Source of the DNA: Gammaproteobacteria bacterium
GTDB taxonomy: Bacteria > Pseudomonadota > Gammaproteobacteria > UBA4575
DNA: 64,000 nucleotides
Assembly (NCBI GenBank): GCA_965243395.1
Contig: CBDEUS010000001.1
Coordinates: forward strand, 1-64,000
Direction of reading: 5' to 3'
Every line of letters begins with the position of its first letter. The stretch's first letter is position 1. The position numbers and the translations under genes are program-made. The notes beneath the pieces are model-generated. The model saw only the letters and a program-made list of their open reading frames with translations, had not been told where the DNA came from and made no database searches. Shown in pieces: positions 1-12,300 of this stretch.

Positions 1-3000
1 GCCGAACAACAACGTTCCTGCAGAAGATGATCAAGACAATGCACTGACCACACCGGTGGCGAGTGCGGACTTAAGTTTAACGAAGGTGGTGGACAACGCG
101 ACGCCGAGTGTGGGTGCGAACGTGAACTTCACGGTCACCGTGACCAACAACGGTCCCAGTGGTGCGACCAATGTGGCGGTGTTGGATCAGTTACCGGCGG
201 GTTACACCTATGTGAGTGATACACCAAGTGTTGGAACGTATAACAGTGGCACCGGCGTGTGGACGGTGGGCGCGTTAGCGAATGCGGCGAGTGAGACTTT
301 AGTGATCACCGCGACGGTGAACGCGAGTGGACCGTATGACAACATCGCGCAAGTCAGTGCCAGTGACCAAGCCGATCCGGACAGTACGCCGAACAACAAC
401 GTTCCTGCAGAAGATGATCAAGACAATGCACTGACCACACCGGTGGCGAGTGCGGACTTAAGTTTAACGAAGGTGGTGGACAACGCGACGCCGAGTGTGG
501 GTGCGAACGTGAACTTCACGGTCACCGTGACCAACAACGGTCCCAGTGGTGCGACCAATGTGGCGGTGTTGGATCAGTTACCGGCGGGTTACACCTATGT
601 GAGTGATACACCAAGTGTTGGAACGTATAACAGTGGCACCGGCGTGTGGACGGTGGGCGCGTTAGCGAATGCGGCGAGTGAGACTTTAGTGATCACCGCG
701 ACGGTGAACGCGAGTGGACCGTATGACAACATCGCGCAAGTCAGTGCCAGTGACCAAGCCGATCCGGACAGTACGCCGAACAACAACGTTCCTGCAGAAG
801 ATGATCAAGACAATGCACTGACCACACCGGTGGCGAGTGCGGACTTAAGTTTAACGAAGGTGGTGGACAACGCGACGCCGAGTGTGGGTGCGAACGTGAA
901 CTTCACGGTCACCGTGACCAACAACGGTCCCAGTGGTGCGACCAATGTGGCGGTGTTGGATCAGTTACCGGCGGGTTACACCTATGTGAGTGATACACCA
1001 AGTGTTGGAACGTATAACAGTGGCACCGGCGTGTGGACGGTGGGCGCGTTAGCGAATGCGGCGAGTGAGACTTTAGTGATCACCGCGACGGTGAACGCGA
1101 GTGGACCGTATGACAACATCGCGCAAGTCAGTGCCAGTGACCAAGCCGATCCGGACAGTACGCCGAACAACAACGTTCCTGCAGAAGATGATCAAGACAA
1201 TGCACTGACCACACCGGTGGCGAGTGCGGACTTAAGTTTAACGAAGGTGGTGGACAACGCGACGCCGAGTGTGGGTGCGAACGTGAACTTCACGGTCACC
1301 GTGACCAACAACGGTCCCAGTGGTGCGACCAATGTGGCGGTGTTGGATCAGTTACCGGCGGGTTACACCTATGTGAGTGATACACCAAGTGTTGGAACGT
1401 ATAACAGTGGCACCGGCGTGTGGACGGTGGGCGCGTTAGCGAATGCGGCGAGTGAGACTTTAGTGATCACCGCGACGGTGAACGCGAGTGGACCGTATGA
1501 CAACATCGCGCAAGTCAGTGCCAGTGACCAAGCCGATCCGGACAGTACGCCGAACAACAACGTTCCTGCAGAAGATGATCAAGACAATGCACTGACCACA
1601 CCGGTGGCGAGTGCGGACTTAAGTTTAACGAAGGTGGTGGACAACGCGACGCCGAGTGTGGGTGCGAACGTGAACTTCACGGTCACCGTGACCAACAACG
1701 GTCCCAGTGGTGCGACCAATGTGGCGGTGTTGGATCAGTTACCGGCGGGTTACACCTATGTGAGTGATACACCAAGTGTTGGAACGTATAACAGTGGCAC
1801 CGGCGTGTGGACGGTGGGCGCGTTAGCGAATGCGGCGAGTGAGACTTTAGTGATCACCGCGACGGTGAACGCGAGTGGACCGTATGACAACATCGCGCAA
1901 GTCAGTGCCAGTGACCAAGCCGATCCGGACAGTACGCCGAACAACAACGTTCCTGCAGAAGATGATCAAGACAATGCACTGACCACACCGGTGGCGAGTG
2001 CGGACTTAAGTTTAACGAAGGTGGTGGACAACGCGACGCCGAGTGTGGGTGCGAACGTGAACTTCACGGTCACCGTGACCAACAACGGTCCCAGTGGTGC
2101 GACCAATGTGGCGGTGTTGGATCAGTTACCGGCGGGTTACACCTATGTGAGTGATACACCAAGTGTTGGAACGTATAACAGTGGCACCGGCGTGTGGACG
2201 GTGGGCGCGTTAGCGAATGCGGCGAGTGAGACTTTAGTGATCACCGCGACGGTGAACGCGAGTGGACCGTATGACAACATCGCGCAAGTCAGTGCCAGTG
2301 ACCAAGCCGATCCGGACAGTACGCCGAACAACAACGTTCCTGCAGAAGATGATCAAGACAATGCACTGACCACACCGGTGGCGAGTGCGGACTTAAGTTT
2401 AACGAAGGTGGTGGACAACGCGACGCCGAGTGTGGGTGCGAACGTGAACTTCACGGTCACCGTGACCAACAACGGTCCCAGTGGTGCGACCAATGTGGCG
2501 GTGTTGGATCAGTTACCGGCGGGTTACACCTATGTGAGTGATACACCAAGTGTTGGAACGTATAACAGTGGCACCGGCGTGTGGACGGTGGGCGCGTTAG
2601 CGAATGCGGCGAGTGAGACTTTAGTGATCACCGCGACGGTGAACGCGAGTGGACCGTATGACAACATCGCGCAAGTCAGTGCCAGTGACCAAGCCGATCC
2701 GGACAGTACGCCGAACAACAACGTTCCTGCAGAAGATGATCAAGACAATGCACTGACCACACCGGTGGCGAGTGCGGACTTAAGTTTAACGAAGGTGGTG
2801 GACAACGCGACGCCGAGTGTGGGTGCGAACGTGAACTTCACGGTCACCGTGACCAACAACGGTCCCAGTGGTGCGACCAATGTGGCGGTGTTGGATCAGT
2901 TACCGGCGGGTTACACCTATGTGAGTGATACACCAAGTGTTGGAACGTATAACAGTGGCACCGGCGTGTGGACGGTGGGCGCGTTAGCGAATGCGGCGAG

Positions 3001-6000
3001 TGAGACTTTAGTGATCACCGCGACGGTGAACGCGAGTGGACCGTATGACAACATCGCGCAAGTCAGTGCCAGTGACCAAGCCGATCCGGACAGTACGCCG
3101 AACAACAACGTTCCTGCAGAAGATGATCAAGACAATGCACTGACCACACCGGTGGCGAGTGCGGACTTAAGTTTAACGAAGGTGGTGGACAACGCGACGC
3201 CGAGTGTGGGTGCGAACGTGAACTTCACGGTCACCGTGACCAACAACGGTCCCAGTGGTGCGACCAATGTGGCGGTGTTGGATCAGTTACCGGCGGGTTA
3301 CACCTATGTGAGTGATACACCAAGTGTTGGAACGTATAACAGTGGCACCGGCGTGTGGACGGTGGGCGCGTTAGCGAATGCGGCGAGTGAGACTTTAGTG
3401 ATCACCGCGACGGTGAACGCGAGTGGACCGTATGACAACATCGCGCAAGTCAGTGCCAGTGACCAAGCCGATCCGGACAGTACGCCGAACAACAACGTTC
3501 CTGCAGAAGATGATCAAGACAATGCACTGACCACACCGGTGGCGAGTGCGGACTTAAGTTTAACGAAGGTGGTGGACAACGCGACGCCGAGTGTGGGTGC
3601 GAACGTGAACTTCACGGTCACCGTGACCAACAACGGTCCCAGTGGTGCGACCAATGTGGCGGTGTTGGATCAGTTACCGGCGGGTTACACCTATGTGAGT
3701 GATACACCAAGTGTTGGAACGTATAACAGTGGCACCGGCGTGTGGACGGTGGGCGCGTTAGCGAATGCGGCGAGTGAGACTTTAGTGATCACCGCGACGG
3801 TGAACGCGAGTGGACCGTATGACAACATCGCGCAAGTCAGTGCCAGTGACCAAGCCGATCCGGACAGTACGCCGAACAACAACGTTCCTGCAGAAGATGA
3901 TCAAGACAATGCACTGACCACACCGGTGGCGAGTGCGGACTTAAGTTTAACGAAGGTGGTGGACAACGCGACGCCGAGTGTGGGTGCGAACGTGAACTTC
4001 ACGGTCACCGTGACCAACAACGGTCCCAGTGGTGCGACCAATGTGGCGGTGTTGGATCAGTTACCGGCGGGTTACACCTATGTGAGTGATACACCAAGTG
4101 TTGGAACGTATAACAGTGGCACCGGCGTGTGGACGGTGGGCGCGTTAGCGAATGCGGCGAGTGAGACTTTAGTGATCACCGCGACGGTGAACGCGAGTGG
4201 ACCGTATGACAACATCGCGCAAGTCAGTGCCAGTGACCAAGCCGATCCGGACAGTACGCCGAACAACAACGTTCCTGCAGAAGATGATCAAGACAATGCA
4301 CTGACCACACCGGTGGCGAGTGCGGACTTAAGTTTAACGAAGGTGGTGGACAACGCGACGCCGAGTGTGGGTGCGAACGTGAACTTCACGGTCACCGTGA
4401 CCAACAACGGTCCCAGTGGTGCGACCAATGTGGCGGTGTTGGATCAGTTACCGGCGGGTTACACCTATGTGAGTGATACACCAAGTGTTGGAACGTATAA
4501 CAGTGGCACCGGCGTGTGGACGGTGGGCGCGTTAGCGAATGCGGCGAGTGAGACTTTAGTGATCACCGCGACGGTGAACGCGAGTGGACCGTATGACAAC
4601 ATCGCGCAAGTCAGTGCCAGTGACCAAGCCGATCCGGACAGTACGCCGAACAACAACGTTCCTGCAGAAGATGATCAAGACAATGCACTGACCACACCGG
4701 TGGCGAGTGCGGACTTAAGTTTAACGAAGGTGGTGGACAACGCGACGCCGAGTGTGGGTGCGAACGTGAACTTCACGGTCACCGTGACCAACAACGGTCC
4801 CAGTGGTGCGACCAATGTGGCGGTGTTGGATCAGTTACCGGCGGGTTACACCTATGTGAGTGATACACCAAGTGTTGGAACGTATAACAGTGGCACCGGC
4901 GTGTGGACGGTGGGCGCGTTAGCGAATGCGGCGAGTGAGACTTTAGTGATCACCGCGACGGTGAACGCGAGTGGACCGTATGACAACATCGCGCAAGTCA
5001 GTGCCAGTGACCAAGCCGATCCGGACAGTACGCCGAACAACAACGTTCCTGCAGAAGATGATCAAGACAATGCACTGACCACACCGGTGGCGAGTGCGGA
5101 CTTAAGTTTAACGAAGGTGGTGGACAACGCGACGCCGAGTGTGGGTGCGAACGTGAACTTCACGGTCACCGTGACCAACAACGGTCCCAGTGGTGCGACC
5201 AATGTGGCGGTGTTGGATCAGTTACCGGCGGGTTACACCTATGTGAGTGATACACCAAGTGTTGGAACGTATAACAGTGGCACCGGCGTGTGGACGGTGG
5301 GCGCGTTAGCGAATGCGGCGAGTGAGACTTTAGTGATCACCGCGACGGTGAACGCGAGTGGACCGTATGACAACATCGCGCAAGTCAGTGCCAGTGACCA
5401 AGCCGATCCGGACAGTACGCCGAACAACAACGTTCCTGCAGAAGATGATCAAGACAATGCACTGACCACACCGGTGGCGAGTGCGGACTTAAGTTTAACG
5501 AAGGTGGTGGACAACGCGACGCCGAGTGTGGGTGCGAACGTGAACTTCACGGTCACCGTGACCAACAACGGTCCCAGTGGTGCGACCAATGTGGCGGTGT
5601 TGGATCAGTTACCGGCGGGTTACACCTATGTGAGTGATACACCAAGTGTTGGAACGTATAACAGTGGCACCGGCGTGTGGACGGTGGGCGCGTTAGCGAA
5701 TGCGGCGAGTGAGACTTTAGTGATCACCGCGACGGTGAACGCGAGTGGACCGTATGACAACATCGCGCAAGTCAGTGCCAGTGACCAAGCCGATCCGGAC
5801 AGTACGCCGAACAACAACGTTCCTGCAGAAGATGATCAAGACAATGCACTGACCACACCGGTGGCGAGTGCGGACTTAAGTTTAACGAAGGTGGTGGACA
5901 ACGCGACGCCGAGTGTGGGTGCGAACGTGAACTTCACGGTCACCGTGACCAACAACGGTCCCAGTGGTGCGACCAATGTGGCGGTGTTGGATCAGTTACC

Positions 6001-9000
6001 GGCGGGTTACACCTATGTGAGTGATACACCAAGTGTTGGAACGTATAACAGTGGCACCGGCGTGTGGACGGTGGGCGCGTTAGCGAATGCGGCGAGTGAG
6101 ACTTTAGTGATCACCGCGACGGTGAACGCGAGTGGACCGTATGACAACATCGCGCAAGTCAGTGCCAGTGACCAAGCCGATCCGGACAGTACGCCGAACA
6201 ACAACGTTCCTGCAGAAGATGATCAAGACAATGCACTGACCACACCGGTGGCGAGTGCGGACTTAAGTTTAACGAAGGTGGTGGACAACGCGACGCCGAG
6301 TGTGGGTGCGAACGTGAACTTCACGGTCACCGTGACCAACAACGGTCCCAGTGGTGCGACCAATGTGGCGGTGTTGGATCAGTTACCGGCGGGTTACACC
6401 TATGTGAGTGATACACCAAGTGTTGGAACGTATAACAGTGGCACCGGCGTGTGGACGGTGGGCGCGTTAGCGAATGCGGCGAGTGAGACTTTAGTGATCA
6501 CCGCGACGGTGAACGCGAGTGGACCGTATGACAACATCGCGCAAGTCAGTGCCAGTGACCAAGCCGATCCGGACAGTACGCCGAACAACAACGTTCCTGC
6601 AGAAGATGATCAAGACAATGCACTGACCACACCGGTGGCGAGTGCGGACTTAAGTTTAACGAAGGTGGTGGACAACGCGACGCCGAGTGTGGGTGCGAAC
6701 GTGAACTTCACGGTCACCGTGACCAACAACGGTCCCAGTGGTGCGACCAATGTGGCGGTGTTGGATCAGTTACCGGCGGGTTACACCTATGTGAGTGATA
6801 CACCAAGTGTTGGAACGTATAACAGTGGCACCGGCGTGTGGACGGTGGGCGCGTTAGCGAATGCGGCGAGTGAGACTTTAGTGATCACCGCGACGGTGAA
6901 CGCGAGTGGACCGTATGACAACATCGCGCAAGTCAGTGCCAGTGACCAAGCCGATCCGGACAGTACGCCGAACAACAACGTTCCTGCAGAAGATGATCAA
7001 GACAATGCACTGACCACACCGGTGGCGAGTGCGGACTTAAGTTTAACGAAGGTGGTGGACAACGCGACGCCGAGTGTGGGTGCGAACGTGAACTTCACGG
7101 TCACCGTGACCAACAACGGTCCCAGTGGTGCGACCAATGTGGCGGTGTTGGATCAGTTACCGGCGGGTTACACCTATGTGAGTGATACACCAAGTGTTGG
7201 AACGTATAACAGTGGCACCGGCGTGTGGACGGTGGGCGCGTTAGCGAATGCGGCGAGTGAGACTTTAGTGATCACCGCGACGGTGAACGCGAGTGGACCG
7301 TATGACAACATCGCGCAAGTCAGTGCCAGTGACCAAGCCGATCCGGACAGTACGCCGAACAACAACGTTCCTGCAGAAGATGATCAAGACAATGCACTGA
7401 CCACACCGGTGGCGAGTGCGGACTTAAGTTTAACGAAGGTGGTGGACAACGCGACGCCGAGTGTGGGTGCGAACGTGAACTTCACGGTCACCGTGACCAA
7501 CAACGGTCCCAGTGGTGCGACCAATGTGGCGGTGTTGGATCAGTTACCGGCGGGTTACACCTATGTGAGTGATACACCAAGTGTTGGAACGTATAACAGT
7601 GGCACCGGCGTGTGGACGGTGGGCGCGTTAGCGAATGCGGCGAGTGAGACTTTAGTGATCACCGCGACGGTGAACGCGAGTGGACCGTATGACAACATCG
7701 CGCAAGTCAGTGCCAGTGACCAAGCCGATCCGGACAGTACGCCGAACAACAACGTTCCTGCAGAAGATGATCAAGACAATGCACTGACCACACCGGTGGC
7801 GAGTGCGGACTTAAGTTTAACGAAGGTGGTGGACAACGCGACGCCGAGTGTGGGTGCGAACGTGAACTTCACGGTCACCGTGACCAACAACGGTCCCAGT
7901 GGTGCGACCAATGTGGCGGTGTTGGATCAGTTACCGGCGGGTTACACCTATGTGAGTGATACACCAAGTGTTGGAACGTATAACAGTGGCACCGGCGTGT
8001 GGACGGTGGGCGCGTTAGCGAATGCGGCGAGTGAGACTTTAGTGATCACCGCGACGGTGAACGCGAGTGGACCGTATGACAACATCGCGCAAGTCAGTGC
8101 CAGTGACCAAGCCGATCCGGACAGTACGCCGAACAACAACGTTCCTGCAGAAGATGATCAAGACAATGCACTGACCACACCGGTGGCGAGTGCGGACTTA
8201 AGTTTAACGAAGGTGGTGGACAACGCGACGCCGAGTGTGGGTGCGAACGTGAACTTCACGGTCACCGTGACCAACAACGGTCCCAGTGGTGCGACCAATG
8301 TGGCGGTGTTGGATCAGTTACCGGCGGGTTACACCTATGTGAGTGATACACCAAGTGTTGGAACGTATAACAGTGGCACCGGCGTGTGGACGGTGGGCGC
8401 GTTAGCGAATGCGGCGAGTGAGACTTTAGTGATCACCGCGACGGTGAACGCGAGTGGACCGTATGACAACATCGCGCAAGTCAGTGCCAGTGACCAAGCC
8501 GATCCGGACAGTACGCCGAACAACAACGTTCCTGCAGAAGATGATCAAGACAATGCACTGACCACACCGGTGGCGAGTGCGGACTTAAGTTTAACGAAGG
8601 TGGTGGACAACGCGACGCCGAGTGTGGGTGCGAACGTGAACTTCACGGTCACCGTGACCAACAACGGTCCCAGTGGTGCGACCAATGTGGCGGTGTTGGA
8701 TCAGTTACCGGCGGGTTACACCTATGTGAGTGATACACCAAGTGTTGGAACGTATAACAGTGGCACCGGCGTGTGGACGGTGGGCGCGTTAGCGAATGCG
8801 GCGAGTGAGACTTTAGTGATCACCGCGACGGTGAACGCGAGTGGACCGTATGACAACATCGCGCAAGTCAGTGCCAGTGACCAAGCCGATCCGGACAGTA
8901 CGCCGAACAACAACGTTCCTGCAGAAGATGATCAAGACAATGCACTGACCACACCGGTGGCGAGTGCGGACTTAAGTTTAACGAAGGTGGTGGACAACGC

Positions 9001-9348
9001 GACGCCGAGTGTGGGTGCGAACGTGAACTTCACGGTCACCGTGACCAACAACGGTCCCAGTGGTGCGACCAATGTGGCGGTGTTGGATCAGTTACCGGCG
9101 GGTTACACCTATGTGAGTGATACACCAAGTGTTGGAACGTATAACAGTGGCACCGGCGTGTGGACGGTGGGCGCGTTAGCGAATGCGGCGAGTGAGACTT
9201 TAGTGATCACCGCGACGGTGAACGCGAGTGGACCGTATGACAACATCGCGCAAGTCAGTGCCAGTGACCAAGCCGATCCGGACAGTACGCCGAACAACAA
9301 CGTTCCTGCAGAAGATGATCAAGACAATGCACTGACCACACCGGTGGC
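1..9348 (+). repeat. Tandem array of 387-bp (129-codon) repeats: 24 full apparently identical copies plus a partial copy at the window start
   Basis: Period of 387 shown by identical antisense ORFs at 208, 595, 982...9109. Units start at 56+387n and the last ends at 9343, with homology continuing to 9348. Confidence 0.98.
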
Positions 9349-12300
9349 TGGTAGCGCGGTTAGTGTTGTTAAACAGTGCGTTCCGGATACGATAATCGCA
9401 GGCACACCAACACTATTGACTATTACTTTGGGGAATACAGGTAGTGTAGATGCAACTTTAACAGCAGATATGCTAGACAATATGCCGACAGGCATGAACG
9501 CTTTAGCAATTAATCCAGCGACATCTTGTCCTAGTGCGATAGATATTAGTAATCCAAATATAATTCGTTATCCAGTTGGTGCTGTTATACCTGCTGGTGG
9601 TTGTGACATAGCAGTTGATGTTACTTCTGCATCTCAAGGAACCTCAACCAACATAATCCCAATAGGGGCACTGCAAACAAACTTAGGTAACAATTTATTA
9701 GCCACATCAGATGATTTAACGGTTATAGGGGATCCTCTAGGATTTTTCTATTGTGAAGATACAGGTCAAGTGATTCCTGGTGGTAGCGTGAGCTTTACAG
9801 CGGCAGGTGCTGGCATCGCCACGTTATTAGAAGACGGTTCTAGCGGAAGGTATCAGGCGACATTTAATGGTACCGACACATATACAATGAATATAACGGT
9901 TCCACCAGGTACCGCATTAAGTACTGCACGACCTGTTGATCCTGCAAATTATGTTTCACCAGTTGGAGCACCAAATCCAACGCTACTAGGTAGTGGTGCA
10001 ACAGGTGGGTTTTTAACGGACTTTACCGCGGCAACTAACACTCCATGGTTTGATGGATTTGATTTTGTTTCTGGTGATCCAATTATTCTGAATAACAATA
10101 TACCATTAACAAATTGTGCTTCGTTTGCAACACCAGTGCTGTTAACTAAAACAGCAAATCCTGATCAAGTTGTAATTGGTGATGTGGTTCAATACACATT
10201 GAACTTAGAAAATAATTCTATTTCATCTTTCACAAATATAGATGTTGTAGACAATATTCCTGGCGGTTTTAGTTATGTAGAAGATTCTGCATTACTTATT
10301 GCTGCAGGTCCTGATGATGAGCTAAATACTAATGATGATATTGAAACAACCATTTCCGTTACGGGTTCTGACCCCATCACTTTTGAAGATATTGATATTG
10401 ATGTAAATGAATCTGTACAAATTCGTTACTTGTTAAGAGTTTCTTCAGGTGTAGTTGAAGGAGAATATGAAAACACTGCACAAGTGTTAGGAGCTGGTTC
10501 CTCAACAATTAGTAATGTGGCGAGTGCCTCGGTAGTGGTTACACAAGATTCTATTTTGCAGAAGACAACCATAATAGGAAAAGTCTTTAACGACCGTGAT
10601 GAAGATGGTTGGCAAGATAGCGCGCATGCGACGAATGTAACTATTAAAAGTGAACATTTTGGATGGGATGGGCATGACCTCGGTACAGTTTATGGGCGTG
10701 CGAGTGAATTTGATTCTATTGAAGAAAACCAATTGCAAGTGCGTATGCCACTAAATCTTGAAGGGGATAATAGTTTTGTTATTGAAAGTTCGGAAGGCAC
10801 GATTATTACTGTAGATAATGATGGCAATGTTAATGAGGAATATAAGGGTTCTAAACATAAAGGCTTAACTGCTCAAGACCTGACTATAAGCACAGCACGT
10901 GAAAATGATGAACTTGTTATAACGATAAGTAACCACGGAATTCAAGAAGCAGGTATTCCAGGTGTGCGATTGGCAACTGTTGAAGGATTGTTGGTAGAAA
11001 CCGATCAATATGGTCGTTATCACCTAGCTGATATTGACGGTGGTCGCTGGGAACGCGGACGTAACTTTATTATAAAAGTAGATCCTGCAACTTTGCCTGA
11101 AGGTGCAGTCTTCACTACAGAAAATCCGCGCGTTTTACGTATTACACAAGCGTTGATGAGCAAGTTTAATTTTGGTGTGAAGTTGCCTGCACAAGAAGTA
11201 GCTTTAACTGAAAGAGCGTATGGTGCGGCCAAACGTGTTAAGCGTGAAGTAGAAGTGGTTGAAACACGTGAAATTAAAGATGTAGTCGACCCAATTTACT
11301 TTAATTCTGGTAAAGCTAATATTTCTCAACAAGCATTGAACGCTTTGCAACAAGAAATTGAACGACTGCAAGACAAAGAAAAAGTAATTATACGTGTGGT
11401 GGGTCATGCAGATAACCAACAGCTTTCAGCGAGTACTAAAGCTAAGTTTGAGGATAATCATGGTTTAGCACGTGCACGTGCAACGCAAGTAGCCGAAATT
11501 TTACAGCGCGAATTACAACTTAGTGATGAAATGATCACGATAGTTGAACATGGTGCGCAAAAACCTATTGCTCCGAATGATACTGCTGAAGGGCGTGCGA
11601 AGAACCGTCGTGCTGAAATTGATGTGGTATATGACGAGCGTTATACCAAAACAGTTGTGGAAATCGATTATACACCTCCGCCAGAGCCAATAATTAAGCG
11701 AGAAGCACAAATTCCTAATGGTGGAGCTATTTGGGCAGTAGAAGATCCGGCTACGATCGATCCACGTTTAAACGTTATTGCTCAAGGCGCAATTGTGCGT
11801 AAAAACAGAAAAGTTAAAGATCCGATTAACTTTACTTTATATAGTAACTACATAGCGTTCATCGATCGTTGGGAATTAGCGATTTATGCGCATAGTGATC
11901 GTGACTTGATTAAACCGATTGAAGTGATAACCGGTAATAAGTTTACGTTTACTGACACAATTGAATGGCAGGCACAAAATGTAGACGAAAAATATTTTGA
12001 AGAGGGTGAAAGCTTAACTTATGTGTTAAGGGTTTTTGATGAGCAAGGACGTATGGATGAAACGGCACCACGTCCACTCGCAGTTGCTGATGAAAGAATT
12101 ATTAAAGTGCAACAACGCGACTTAGAGCAAGATCAGGAAGATGTTGCGCTTGCCAGTTATGGAGAATCAAATTTATTACGTCAAACTATTCCTCTTGCAG
12201 GATCACGAGTACGTGTTAATGGAGTGGATTTAGATACAGATTACACTATCACTGTAAATGGTGAGCGTGTGATTATTGATGAAAATGGTAAGTTTGTGCT

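Noticed and set aside
208-9300. 24 identical 63-aa minus-strand ORFs
   Set aside because: Antisense shadows of the 387-bp coding repeat.
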